Shown: in pieces, positions 45,630-58,527 of the stretch
How the letters are laid out: each line of letters begins with the position of its first letter
Numbering within the stretch: the first letter of the stretch is position 1
NCBI GenBank assembly: GCA_025558095.1
Contig: JAIVFI010000022.1
Coordinates: forward strand, 558,001 to 622,000
DNA length: 64,000 nt
Reading direction: 5' to 3'
Source of the DNA: Hyaloraphidium curvatum SAG 235-1
Lineage: Eukaryota; Fungi; Monoblepharomycota
The notes under the pieces: generated by a model
Database searches by the model: none
The model's input: the letters and a program-made list of their open reading frames with translations, nothing else
What the model was told of the DNA's origin: nothing
Translations under genes and position numbers: made by a program

Positions 45630-47690
45630 ATGGGAGGGAGCACCGCCCTCGATGCCGCCATCATCGGCGCGTGGGTGCGCCCCGCCCGCTCTCCGCTGCG
45701 CCTAACCCCCCGGCAGCGGTTTCGGCGGCATGTACGCGATCCGCCGGCTGCGCGACATTCTCAACCTTAACGTGCGCTGCTTCGAGGCCTCGGCAAAAGC
45801 CGGCGGGACGTGGAATTGTTGGTTGTGCAGGGAGGCGAAAGGGCCGTGACCGACCGCGTTCCTCGGCAGGGAACCGCTACCCCGGCGCGCGTGTCGACGT
45901 GCGCAGCGCCGAGTACTCGTACTCGTTCGACCCACAGCTGGAGCAGGACTGGGAGTGGTCCGAGGTCTACGCCGCGCAGCCCGAGCTCATGACCTACGTC
46001 GAGCACGTCCTGGACCGCTACGACCTCCGCCGCTCCATCGACTTTTCGAGCCGGCTGAACAAGGCGGTGTGGGACGAGGACCGGAAGCTGTGGAAGCTGA
46101 CGGTCGCGCACTACCCGCGCGAGGAGCGCTCGATCAAGGACATCATCGGCGGCGAGCGAGAGGCGCGGGTCGAAGAGTACACGGCCCGGTTCGTGGTGTT
46201 TGCGACCGGGTGCCTAAGCGCTCCGAACCTTCCGAAGTGTCGGTGTCGACGGGTGGGCCGGAGGATATGCTGCTCACTTCGCCCGTCGCAGGGCCGGGCT
46301 TTGAAACCTACAAGGGCGACATCTACCACACGGCACGCTGGCCCGAAGGAGGCGTGGACTTTACCGGAAAGAAAGTGGCGGTCATCGGAACGGGCTCGTC
46401 CGCAGTGTGGGTACCTTCCGCCAAGCACCTTGCGCCTCTGACCGCGCCACGCCGCCAGCCAATCCATCCCCGTCATCGCCAAGCAGGCCGAGTCCCTCAC
46501 TGTCTTCCAGCGCACGGCTACCTACTCTATCCCCGCGCACAACCGCCCCCTGACCCGCATGGAGGCCGCCGAGGACAAGGCGCACTACGCCGAGCTCCGC
46601 GCGCGCCAGCAGGCCAAGCCCGGCTGCTTCGACGTTGAGTACGGGGACAAGATCGCCGCGGAGATGTCCGCCGAGGAGGCCGAGGCGGTACTGGAAAAGT
46701 TCTGGCGGCGCGGCGGGCTCGGGTTCGCGGCCGCGTTCCTGGATTCGCTGACGAACCTCGAGGCAAACAAGGTGCTGCAGGATTTCGTGCGGAAGAAGAT
46801 ACACGAGATCGTCAAGGACCAGGCCACGGCGGACCTGCTGTCTCCGACCCACGTCGTTGCCTGCAAGCGGCTCTGCATCGACACGGGATACTACGAGTGC
46901 GTGACGCGTTCCCGGGCCGGCAAAGAAGGTACCGAGGCCAGATGCTGATTCGGAACCCCCGGTCAGGACGTACAACCTCCCAAGCGTCAAGCTTGTTTCG
47001 GTCAAGGACAACCCGATCAAGGACGTCGGCGGCCCCGACGGCACCATCTCCCTCACCGACGGTAGCACCTACGGCCCCTTCGACGCCATCGTCTGCGCCA
47101 CGGGCTTCGACGCCATGACGGGCGCCCTCCTCCGTATCGACATCCGCGGCGTCGGAGGGCAGACGCTCAAGGACAAGTGGGCCGCGGGGCCGGCGACGAT
47201 GCTGGGGCTCATGATCGACGGGTTTCCCAACGCATTCATGGTCTCGGGGCCCGGATCGCCCTCCGTGCTGACTAACAGTAAGTGGTGGCGGATCCGAGTG
47301 CGCGGACGGCGTGCTAACCTGTTGGCGGCCTGGGGCAGTGATCCCGAGCATCGAGCAGATGGTCGAGTACATCTCGGACACGATCAAGTGGCTCATCGAC
47401 CGCGGCTACGCCTCCATCGATCCGACCCCCGAGTCTGTGGCCGGTTGGGTCGGCCACGTGAACGAGGTCTCGACCTACACGCTCTTCCCGACCGGATGTG
47501 GGTCCGCATGCGTCCCGCAGCGCGCGGCTCATTCTCGTCCCGACATCCAGGCAACTCGTGGTACCTGGGCGCCAACATCCCCGGCAAGCCCCGGGTTTTC
47601 CTCCCCTACGTCGGCGGGTACCCGGCATATAAAGCGCGGTGCGACGAGATCCACCGCGACGGGTACCCGGGGTTCGTGCTGGCGAAGTAG
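45630..47690 (+). CDS. Baeyer-Villiger monooxygenase (CHMO/PAMO type)
   Basis: IIGA/GFGG, GGTW..NRYPGARVD, YKGDIYHTARWP fingerprint, VIGTGSSA, ATGFDAMTG, NSWYLGANIPGKPR; about seven short introns. Confidence 0.93.
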
Positions 47691-47782
47691 AGGTCCCGTC
47701 GGGTACATTGGCAAATGTGTCGAACTCAATCGCAAGAAACCCGAAGACATATCACAGCAACCGAAACCTCGTCCTTCGTATC

Positions 47783-49678
47783 CTAATCCGCGTCGCCCCG
47801 ATCAACCGCCTTGGTCTTCGTCGGCGCGGGGGTAGGGCGCGGGGTGATGATCACGAGCACGCTGGTGCCGTCGTCCCCTACGACCATGGGCTGCCGGTCC
47901 TCCGTCCTGCGACGCTTCGCCTTGGGGGTTTGGGTTTCGGACGCACTGTCTCCGCGACCGTCGCGCCGGCGATCCGCGGGTTCCAAGTCGCGCTCGTCGC
48001 CGTCCGCCTGTTCCCAGAGCTTGGGCAGCCTCTTCCTGACCTCCAGGATGAAGGCGTCCTCGCATGCCCGGAGGATGGCGGAGGAGTACGTCTGGCCCTC
48101 AGGGACCCTGTGGGCGGATAGCAAGTTAGCCGCCCGGGCCCGTGCGAGGCGTCGCTCGCTCGGGCGGCACCCACGTCCGGTGCTTCTCCCCCGTAACCTT
48201 ATATCCTCCACACCCAAGGTGGCCGCTGTTGAACCACTGCGCGATCTGAGTGATCCTGTGGTTATCCGTCCCCTTGCCGGCGTGGCGGATCATCGCAAGC
48301 GCCGTGCCCAGCGCCGCGGCGCGGGTGCCGTAGAACGAAGCGAGGCGGGAACGGACGAGCACGATGCAGGAGGTGCCGTCGACGTGGGGGTGCGGAGGAC
48401 GTCCGCGCCCGCGGCCGGGCTTCGTGGCTCGGGCGGCCTGGGTGCGAGGAGGAGTGGCGGGGCCGGGATCGGACCCGCGGTTGGGGGAAACGGATGAGCT
48501 CCGGGGTGGGGAAAGGCTGTCCCCGGCGTTCGGGTTGTCGTTGCCGGCCCCGGAGGGTGCCGGGGGGGATGGCGAGCAGGGCCGGTCGCGCACCGCGAGG
48601 CCGAGCCACTCGCCGGAAGCGAGTTCGGTGGGACCGGGGTGAGGGTGATCGTCCACGACAACGCCGAAGGTGGCGGGCTTCGCAGGTCGTGACGGAACCG
48701 CGGCGCCCGCCTCGCCGAGGTTGGGTATCGTTTCCTTGTCCGACGCGCGGTCGTCCGCCTGCGCCCCGAGGTCACAGCCGGCGGCGCCCGTTCCCTGGTC
48801 CCCCTCCGCGTGCTCAGACGGATCCGGCGAGGCCGGACGACGGCGGGTATCTTTGCAGGGCGCCGCTTCCGAGGGATCGGACGAGGGCGATCGGCGGCGA
48901 CACGGCTCACGGGGAGCCTGCTCCGAAGGGTCGGGCGAGGGCGGGCGCCGACGAACAGCCCTGGAGGTCGGGTCGCCTTCATGCGCGCCGCCGTAGTCCT
49001 CCGCCATCTCCATCTCCCAGTCCTCTCCGTCGGAAGCGCGGTCGCCTTCCCCCGCAGCCGAGCGAAGCCGAGCCTCCAGTTGCCCGACCTTGGCCTGCAG
49101 CTGCGTGATCTCCCCCATCAGCTCGTTCCGGAGCTCCCGCAGCGCGGCCATCGTCCGGTCCTTCTCGCCGCCCGCCGTGCTTTCGAGCTCCGCGACCCTC
49201 GCTGCGAGCGCGTCGAGCTGCCGGGCCTCCGCGATGTTTCCCGCCGCGGCCCTCAGGGTCTGCATGCACTCGGGCACCCCGAGCCGCCGTAGCTCGACCT
49301 CGACGGCCTGACGCACGACCGCGGGGCCGAGCAGCCTGCCCACCGCCTCGTCGACGGCCCGCTGGATCTCCTCCCCATTTGCCGCCGCGCCCTGCGTCGG
49401 CTCCACCTCTCCCACTGCCCGCTCCCGCAGCCGCGCCTCCACCGCGTCTGCGATGGCGGCCTGGACGTGCGGGTTGGCGGCGAGCTCCTCGGGCCTGTAG
49501 ACGAAGAACCGCGGGGCGTCGGGCGCTTCGGAGATGTCCTGTACGGTTGCCGCCTGCGGGGAGGGGTTTTGCGGGCGGTCAGGGGCGGGTTCCGGGGGGA
49601 GGCGGCCTCTCAACTGACGCGGGCGGGAGGCGGGTCCGCTTCCATGCCTTCCGCGGCGGCCAATGCTGCGGCCGCCAT
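47783..49678 (-). CDS. Hypothetical coiled-coil/acidic protein, paralog of 52064-53891
   Basis: DAPRFFVYRPEELAANPH, RLASFYGTR, ILEVRKRLPKLWEQ shared with the paralog; start codon uncertain. Confidence 0.6.
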
Positions 49679-50056
49679 CCCGCCGGGGTGCTGAGAGCTT
49701 GCTGCCGGAGATTCGGGGGCGGCGGAGCCCGCGTCGGGCGGCCGTGCGGGGGCGGAGGCGCGAGGCGGGCCGTCGAGCGCGGGATGGGCGGGAGCGCAGC
49801 GGGACGCCGGGCGGGCTGGTGCCGCCCCGGAACGCGCGGGGACGGCTTAAAAGGTGCAATTGGAGGCGGGTAAGGCCCGTTTGGAGGACCGCCGAAGGCG
49901 CGATGGCCGAGGTTGAAAGGGCGGGACGCGTGTCACGGTGGTCGACGACGGGACAATGGGTGTTCGCTCCCTCCTGCACGACTTGCACGGAGCAACGTAC
50001 TGGCAACGACGGTTCATCGAATCACCAACCGGGAATACCAAAACCCGAGCCCTCCA

Positions 50057-51430
50057 TCAAGCCCTCACCGCCCACCCCCGTTCCCTCATCCGCTCCGCCG
50101 CCCACACGCACACCGCGGCCCAGAACCCGCCCCACGCGAGCCCCTCGAACCCGTTCTTCCCGAACCACGCCGAAACCGTGGCCTCCCTCAGCCTGGTCAG
50201 GTACGAGTCCCTGAACGAGGGCAAGACGGCGAGGATGTGAGGGACGAAGGACTGCACGGCGTAGACGGTGAGCGTGTTCCGCCCCGTGCGCACGAGGAGG
50301 TTCTCGACCGACGAGGGCGGCCCGTTGCGGGTGCGTTCGAGGGACATCGCGGCCGCGGCGAGCAGCAGCGAGGCGCCCGACGAGACGAGGGCGAAGGAGG
50401 GGGTCCAGAGCTTCTTGGAGAGGGGGACGGAGAAAGGGGGCTGGGAGAGAAGGTAGCCGGCGCTGAGGAGGGCGAGGGAGGAGAGAAAGATGGGGGGAAG
50501 GGATGGAGTGGGGTCGGTGATGAGGTGCTGGCCGAGGAGGGCGCCGGCCCAGACGTTGGTGACACCTGGGTGGGGAGGAGGGCAGGATGAGCTCAATGCT
50601 AGCTGGCCGGCGGGTGCGACAACCCCACCTGTCAGGATGCCGAGCAGCCCCTCGGGATCCAGCCCGCGGTTGTACATCCTCTTCAACCCGACCGTCGCCG
50701 CGTCGAGATAGTACGCCGCGGTCCTTTCCGGCACCGCCACGCGCTCCAGCGGGAACAAACCCGGCAGCGGCCCGTTGTCGGTGTTGGGAAACGGCACCTT
50801 GTACGAGACGACCAGCCAGAGCGCAGCCAGCGCGACCGGCAACCCGAGCTTCCTCGCCAGCCCGGCCAGCAACCCTTCACCCTCCCCCTCCCTCTCCTTC
50901 CCCTTCCCTTCGGGCGCTTCCGCGAGCAGGTACAGGTACCCGACCCCGGAGATCAGGTAGGCGGCCGCGTGGCGCTGCAGCACCCCCCAGACGCGCAGCG
51001 ACGCGAGCCGGTCGCGGAGGCTGCCCTGCCCCGCGACCAGCGTGAAGGGGGCCGAGAGCAGCGCGCCCAGGGCAAACAGGCGTGCGGAACGGGGCAGCAG
51101 GTCCGATACCACCACGTCCCTCTTGATCGCCGCCCATTCGGCACGCGTCGGCGGGTGCCCCAGTTGATTGGCCCTCCCCTCAACGGCCCGCGCGACGGAG
51201 TGCGGGATGCCGGCGCCGGCGAGCAGCGAGAAGGTCGGCATCACCAGATCGGCGAGCGCGAGGCCGAGGTGCGGCGGGTGGCGGAGCTGCGCGAAGCCCG
51301 TCGCGTCGCGGAACTGCGTGTTGACGATTATCATCGAGACCGCCGCGGCGCCGCGGAGGAGGTCGAGCGACGCGTGGCGCGCGCGCTGCGGCGCGTCGCC
51401 GTTGCTTTCGAGCGGCTCCGAGGCGGCCAT
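50057..51430 (-). CDS. HGSNAT: Heparan-alpha-glucosaminide N-acetyltransferase-like membrane acyltransferase
   Basis: SLDLLRG, LADLVMPTF, GVLQR, DPEGLLG, KKLWTPSF. Confidence 0.88.
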   Translation of the reverse strand: MAASEPLESNGDAPQRARHASLDLLRGAAAVSMIIVNTQFRDATGFAQLRHPPHLGLALADLVMPTFSLLAGAGIPHSVARAVEGRANQLGHPPTRAEWAAIKRDVVVSDLLPRSARLFALGALLSAPFTLVAGQGSLRDRLASLRVWGVLQRHAAAYLISGVGYLYLLAEAPEGKGKEREGEGEGLLAGLARKLGLPVALAALWLVVSYKVPFPNTDNGPLPGLFPLERVAVPERTAAYYLDAATVGLKRMYNRGLDPEGLLGILTGGVVAPAGQLALSSSCPPPHPGVTNVWAGALLGQHLITDPTPSLPPIFLSSLALLSAGYLLSQPPFSVPLSKKLWTPSFALVSSGASLLLAAAAMSLERTRNGPPSSVENLLVRTGRNTLTVYAVQSFVPHILAVLPSFRDSYLTRLREATVSAWFGKNGFEGLAWGGFWAAVCVWAAERMRERGWAVRA

Positions 51431-52063
51431 CGTGCGGAAGTGATTCAGATCTCGAAGTGATTGGGGAAATGGGAGGCCGCAACGCGATCTGTTGGGAGGC
51501 ACGCTTCAGAGGGACCCGGCAACATCCCAGATCATGCTTCGAAAAGCTTCCGTAATGTTCCTCGTTCGTCCGTCTTTCATCTGGGGAATCGTCTGCCACT
51601 TATGCACCGAAGCTAAACTTGACGTTTGCCCATTCCTCGCTCTTGTCAAACACCTCCTTCTTCAGCGCCGCATCCTTCGCCAGGGGCTGCTCCTCATTCA
51701 CGGCCGGGGAGCCAAAGCTTTGGGCCCCTCGGGCCCACCCCACTCGGGCCCGATGCAACTGTTCCTCGGGCACTCGGGTGCGGCGCACGGAAACACGCCC
51801 ACCCGCACCGACTGCGCCGCGAACCGGACTGCCGCCCCATCGTATCAAGCAGCAATGTTACGGTCGTCGGAAATCCCGACTCTGGCAGCTGGGGCTCGTC
51901 TGCGCTTCGGAACGAACTGACGTGCGGTGGGCCTCCTCCGCTCCTTCGGTCTCAGTCTTTGCGCCGCCATCAACTTCCCCGTTACCTCCGCCGCACCTCG
52001 TTTCCGCCTCCTGCCGCGTCTTTGGAACACCCTCTGACGGTTCCCGGGCACGCTTTCGACCGC

Positions 52064-53891
52064 ATGGCGTCCCGCGGCGCCACGGCCCCGGCAGGGTTCC
52101 CCGGCGCGGCGGGCCCCTCCGACCGCTTGGGAGGCCGCGATGCGCGACTCGCGGGCTCCAACGCCGGGGCGTCGCACTCTCAGCGGCACGGCGGGACGTC
52201 TACTGGGCCCGCAGGCGAAGGCATGGAGGTCGACCCGCCCCCCGTCCGCGTGGGCGTCTCTCAACCCCGCCTCGCCCTTCCCTCTGACGCCCCGTTTCCG
52301 CCCGGTTCCAGGCAGCGACCGCCGACGACATCGCCGGCTTGCCCGACGCCCCGCGGTTCTTCATCTACGCGCCGAAGGAGATCGCGGCCAACCCGCACTT
52401 CCGGGCTGCCATCGCGGAGGTCGTCGGGGAGCGCCTGGGGGAACGGGGGGCCGGGTTCCCGGGGGGCGGGCCGCAGTCCACAGTGCCGGAAGGAGAAGAC
52501 CTCCGGGCGGCCGTGGCAAGGGCGGTCGCGGAGGAAACGGCACGGCTACGTGCCGAGATGCGGCACGGCGTCGGCGAGGCGGTGGCTGCGGAGCTGCGGC
52601 GGCTCGGGGTGAGCCCTGCAGGCCGCGGGGACGAGCTGGTGGAGCGGGTGGACCGGCTCGAGGATGCTGTCGGGAGGCTCGAGGACGCCATGGTGCGAGT
52701 GAACGAGCTCGCGGATGGGGAGGAAGGACGCGTGCAGGCGGCCGCCTCGGGGATGATCTCGGAGACGGCGGCCGAGCTGCGGGCGGAATTGACCGCCGAG
52801 ACGGACAGGAGGTTCGACGACGCCGAGGGGAAGCGGCGCAAGATGCGGGACAGGATCGCGGAGAAGCTGGGCGAGCTGGAGGACGGGATCGGGGAGCTGA
52901 GGCAGGCCGTCGTCGAGATCCGGGGGCTGCTGCCGCCCCCCGCCGCCGACTCGAGCGCCGAGGGGGAACATATCTCGGACGACGACGACCCGGACGACGG
53001 CGGACCTCCCTCCCCGCCGCCGCCGGTCGCCTCCTCGGAAGACGAGCGCCGCCCTCCCTCCCCTTCGACCTCGGATCCCGGCCCGGCGCCGAAGCGCCCG
53101 CGCGGGAGGCCCCCCAAGGACCCGGCCCCGCACGGGACTCCGGGAACGACGAGGAAGCTCCCCTGGCCCGCGCTCGCGGCGCCGCAGTACAAGTCCCCCG
53201 TCAACATCATCCGCGACGACCTCAGGGCATTTTACGGCGACCGCAGGTCAGCGATGGACAAGGCGCTGCGGCTCCTTGTTTCCGGGACGAACGAGTACAG
53301 CCGGGTGAACCAGAAGGCCATCAAGTTCAACAAGGACCACCGCGTGTAGGTTCCGCTGCCGGTCGATCGCACGGACGTCCGCTGATTCGCTTCCCCCGAC
53401 GGTGCAGGCAATCCGCGACGGGCGGCAAGTCCATGAGCAAGATCCTCGCCGTGCACGAGGCGGATTTCCTCGCCGAGGTGCGGCTTTCGGTGCCGAAACT
53501 GTGGGAGCAGCCCGACGACGACGACGCTGCCCGGAGCGCCCAACGCGAAGGGTCGCCGTCGCCAGCACCCAAGCCGCGCAGGCGCAAGGACCCCGTGGCG
53601 GACGAGTTTGCGCGGAACAAAGACGCGGGCGTGATCACCCCCAGCCGGACGAGGCGGTTGGATAGGCCCGACTACGCGGCGCAAGCTTACATCCGGAAGA
53701 TCGAGGAGGCGATCAAGTCCGAGTCTGAGGAGGATTCGGGGGAGGAGGACGGGATGGGGGAGGGCGCGGAAGTTCTTGCGAGGAAGGCGGATGGCGCGGG
53801 CGCCCCGGATGATGAGGACCGAGGGGAGGAGGCAGCGAGGGAGGAGGGGATGGAAGTGGACACCGCGGAAGAAGGGGAGATCCGGCAGTGA
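52064..53891 (+). CDS. Hypothetical coiled-coil/acidic protein with AT-hook-like KRPRGRPPK
   Basis: Three exons (introns about 52249-52311 and 53344-53407); DAPRFFIYAPKEIAANPH, LRAFYGDR, LAEVRLSVPKLWEQ. Confidence 0.7.
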
Positions 53892-54397
53892 CGGCGGGAT
53901 CCGAGCCGCGGTCGGGAGGTCCCGTGTACCCTGCGTCTTGATTCATGTTGCTATGTGCTCGGACGCTTGCACCGTCTGCTTCCGTTCAGAGGCAAACTGA
54001 TCTACTCGCCCTACTACACTTCCTTTCCGAAAGACAATATACACAGAGCATAATAATCACGGGCTTAGGCGGACGGTCAGGTGTGCGGCCAGGCTAACCG
54101 GGCGGGCGGCCAGCTCTAACGCGCTGACCGCACAAACGCTACCCCGAAGCAACCGCCCGAACGCGGGCAAACACCCCCGCGCGGGCCCCGCCGACAGCGC
54201 AGAGCCGGACAGCTGTCGCGCGCCGAGCTCCCCGGGCCGGCGCTTCGCGCCGCGGAGGCCCGGTGCGCGAGCGGCGCCGCATCGCCCGCGGGCAAACGCT
54301 GACAGGTCGCGCGCGCGGGTTCCCCCGCGGTCCTCCCGCGCCGCGGTCCTCCCGCGCCGCGGACCCCATAGATTCGGCGGACCCCATAGATTCGCGC

Positions 54398-57300
54398 ATG
54401 GACACCCTCGCCGCCGCGGCGGCCGCGCTGGAGCCCGTCGCGGGCCCAGGTGCCGGCGGTGACGTCGACTCGACCCCCGCCCCGCGCGCCGCGCCCAAGC
54501 CGCGCAGGCCCGCCGCCGGAGCCGCCCCCGCCCGGGAGACGGGAGAAAGGAAGCGGAAGAGCGCGGGGGAGGGCGAGGGCGGCGCCGCTGCGGGCCCCGT
54601 CGCCTCCGCCGGCGGCCTGCAGGGCCCACCGAAGCGTCGGATCGCCGCGACCAAGCCCCCGTCGGCCAAGGCGCCCGGCGAACCGGGGCGCAAGCAGCCG
54701 GCAGGCATACGCAAGAAGGATCTGGCATCGGCCGGTGCTCCGGCAGCCCGCGGAGGTGCGGCGGGCGCCCCGGACGCGGCGGGCTCGGGAGGCAGCGGAG
54801 CGACGCGCAGGAGCAAGGTTGGCGACGCCGTCGTCCTGCACGAGGCGTCCCCGGGCGGGAATGATGCCGCTGCATCCGGTGCCGGGGCTCGCGCTCGCGG
54901 AGGAGGTGCTGGGGGCGACGGCGACGGCGCGCGGACCGGAGCTCCGGCTGGAGGGGCGCCGGTCAAGGCAGGAACCCCTCCCGGCGGTCAGGAAGCGCAG
55001 AATCCTGGCGGCCAGGGATCAGATGGATCCGCTCCCGCGGCAACGGCTGCCTCGGTCCCTCCGGCGGAGGCTCCGGCTCGACCGACGGCGCGGAAGCCAA
55101 AGAGGAAGCGCGCCGCCGAAGACGACGGGGATGCGGAGCGAGCCGGTGCCGAGCCCGGTGCAGACGGCGCGGACGGAGGCTTGGGCCCCGCCGAGCGCAG
55201 CGAGCTCGAGGAGGCGCTCCGTTCCGGCCCCGCCGTGTCGGACGACCTGGAGCGCCGGGCCGCCCTCGCCGCGGACGAGGCCTGGAAGAACAGGGAGAAC
55301 AGCGGGACCACGGACAGCATCTACGCCTCGCACTTTGAGCACTACAAGCTCTGGTGCGGCGGGAACGGCGTGGAGCCCTTCCCCGTCCTGCCGGCCAAGG
55401 CGGTGCTGTTCGCCGACTGGACGATGAAGCGGCCGCGCCTCAAGTCCGGCGTGAGGAAGGGCTCGAAGAAGGGGCGCACGGCGGACCAGGGCCCAGCAAC
55501 CCTGGCGGCTTTGGAAGAGCTGTTCGTCACGGGCACTCGGATTGGGCCGGGTGTGGTCGGGGGCGTTCTCAACGCCCTCGAGTTCTTGCGCAAGGCCACG
55601 GCCATCGACTTCCCCGAGGCCGATTTCCCGCAGGCCCACCGCCCGCTCCGAAGCGATCCTCGGGTGACGCGGATCGAGAAGCTCTCGAAGCAGAACAGCG
55701 CGTCGCGGCAGGCAAACTCGGAGGAGATCAAGTCGGCCGGCGGCGCGTCCAAGACCTACAACCAGCAGCAGTACCGCGACGTCGCGGACTACCATCTGCT
55801 GCGAGCGGCGAACGGCAAGAAGGCTGCCGTCACGCCGCAGGAGGCCGCCGCGGGGGTGCGCAACCGGGCACTGCACTTGATCTCGGGATCCTTGGCGGAT
55901 CGGTCGTCGGACGTGCGCCCGACCGCGCTCTCGGACGTGCAGTTGCGCGAGGTGACTCTCCCAAAGACTGATCGCATTGTGGAGGTGGGCAGTCAATCTC
56001 CGTGGGTCGCGTGAAGCTTCCTAACGCTTGTTTGCCCGCCCAGCTCGGCGTCATCCTCGACAACAGCTCGAAAACAAACAAGGAAGGGGAGATCTTCGAG
56101 AAGGCGATGTTGCGGAACCCGGACGTCCGGATCTGCCCCATCAACTCGCTCGCCCTGCACAGCTATGCAACGTACCACATCCTACAGGAGCGGCCCCCGG
56201 AGCTTGCCCCCGTTTTTGACGCCAAGAGCCCGCCGTACGGCCGCAGGGACTGGTACAAGATCCCGCTGTTTCCTGGGAACGGAGAGAAGGGGGAGATCGC
56301 GTACAAGAGTGGGTGGCCGCGGACTTCCCGCCTCTCCGTGAACTCACGGGCCCTTCTCCGCCGCAGCGCACTGGAAAGCAGTCACGGGAGCACACACGGC
56401 GCTCGGGCTCTTCGACGTCACGAAGAAGACCCACGCTGGGCGCTCGTACGCTCCGCGTCGCGCGCATGCCAAGGACTGTCCCGACGAGGACATGATGGCC
56501 CTGGGGCGGTGGAGCAACGGCAAGATCTTCCGGGAGCGATACTTGACGTCGATGCCGTGGCCGGCGGTCATCGCGACCGCCGACTCCGACGCCTCCAACC
56601 CGGCGGCCTACTACGTCCCGCGTGCGCAGCTCGGTGGGTGCCGTCGAATTGACACCTGGCGAGGCGCCACTGACGCAGCACTCCGCGATCGATCGCGTCG
56701 ATCCTGCAGAGCCGCCTGCGGAGCTCCAGCAACGCATCATGCCTTGGGCAGACGCCTCGCTCGCTGCGTACAAGGAGCGCCTCGAACTGGACCCGTCCAA
56801 GTACCGCGACCCGTGCTGTGAGATGACCTGCAAGAGGTTCATTTTGGAGCGGAAGGTGCGGGGCGTCCCTTTTCCTCGGTCGTGCGTGCATGCGGGCGGT
56901 TGCTGACCACCCTGCTTTACTCTTGCAGATCCTCCTTCAAGACGCCCCGGAGCTCATCAACCATTTCGCCCCCGAGTTCAGCAAGGACGGCTACGATGCG
57001 CACGCGGACGACGGCCTCCCCTTCGTCTTCAAGACCGAGCTCTTCCTCTCCACCGAGTACCTGGTATGGCACCGCGAAGCGCTCGCCAAGATCGGCGAGC
57101 TGCGCGAGGCCGTGCGCCACGTGGCTGGGCCGAAGGAGTTTGTGAACGCGATCGTGCCGCTCTTTCAGCAGCAGAACCTACTCTTCGGGCGCCTCGAGGA
57201 GGCTGTCTCGCGCAAGCCGGACGGGGCGTCGGCAGACCTGCGCACCGCGGTGCGCGAGGACGTGCGCGAGGACATGACCGTCCTCTACAACACGCTCGTG

Positions 57301-58227
57301 GAGACCCTCGACTCCACCATGGAGCAGGCCATGGAGCATCTGACCGAGACGGTCACGGACGTGGTGCAGGACGTGTTCCGCAAGGCTGTGCCTTCCTTGG
57401 CGGCGGCCCTGCAGGCCCAGGTGCCGGCCGTCTCGGCCGGAAGCCCGGGCGTCTCCACCTCCTCCCCTTCGGCCCCGGCCCTCGCCAATCCATCGGCAAC
57501 GGAGCTCCCGGTGCTCCTTCCCCGCCCGCAGCCCGTTTCCCAGGACGGTGGCGCCGGCCTGGGTGTTCCCCGCCCCCTGCTTTGCTTCCCCCGGCCTCCG
57601 AGCTTTCCCCCCTCCGGAAGCCCGGTCTCCGCCCTTGCTCCCCAGCCCAGCACCTCTGCAGCTCCCTCAGAACCTGCCCAGGGACCGGCAGCTGCCCCCT
57701 CGGCCGGCGCTGCGGCGGCAACGGGCCTCGACGCCGCCCAGGCGGAGAAGCGGGCGCTGGAGGCGTCGCGGCTGCGGCAAAAGTACGGAGCCAAGCTCCA
57801 GGGCATCGACATTGTTTTCCACAACGGGCAGATGGTACCGGCGTACGAGCTTGCCGCCGGGAAGCTGTCGATCGAGGACGCCTACAACGAGATCTACATC
57901 GGGCGCGATGGCAAGATCTCGGTGGAGGAGCTGGACAGGGACTTTGGGCCCAAGTGGCGGCGGAACAACAACCGCATCCAAACCGAATACGGAAGGCGGA
58001 AAGCGATCAAGGAGGAGCTGGAGAAGATCCGGCGCGGCCCGCCCGCAAAGTCGCCGACGGCGGCGCTCCGGGCCCTCAAGGACAGGTTCACGGACAATGG
58101 GGCGGAGCTGACGGCGCGGCAGGTGAGCGACCGGCTCCAGAAGGCGGCGCGGGACGCCGCCAAGGCTGCGAAGGAGGCGGCGGGCGGGGCGGGGACGGGT
58201 GCGGCCGCGCAGGGGGCTGCGGCGTGA
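54398..58227 (+). CDS. Crypton tyrosine recombinase with NDC10-II-like core and C-terminal GCR1_C domain (1187 aa spliced)
   Basis: Introns 55985-56043, 56309-56366, 56634-56709, 56856-56928 give one continuous frame; ADRSSDVR, SKTNK, CPI, KTHAGR, LGRW, RERYL, ILLQDA; GCR1_C-like SIEDAYNEIYIG..SVEELDRDFGPKWRR..YGRRKAI. Confidence 0.9.
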
Positions 58228-58527
58228 CGGAAGGCGGGTCTTCTTGGGACATGGGGCAGTAGCGAGGTAGCGGAGGATCTTTTCGTTCTTTTCCCTGTGT
58301 TTGGTTCGGTTCAAGAATTGTAGGCCTCAGAAATCCGGTCAATCCAGTCCAGTCTGCCAGCGGGCGGCGCCCGCGGGCTCGCAAAACCTCCAGGAGGCCG
58401 GCAAGGCCGCCAGTCGCGGGCACCCTGCGCTGGCAAGAGCCGCGCTGGGCTCGTTGTCCGATTTTGCGGTCCGTTGCCGCGCTGTATCGCGGGGGTAGAG
58501 GGGTGGCGGCGAACCCACGGCACTGCC

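Noticed and set aside
51540-51900. Possible gene or transposase remnant on the minus strand
   Set aside because: Short, interrupted and without a recognisable motif
54360-54395. Tandem CGGACCCCATAGATTCG duplicate as the Crypton terminus
   Set aside because: Lies in the 5' leader with no counterpart at the other end
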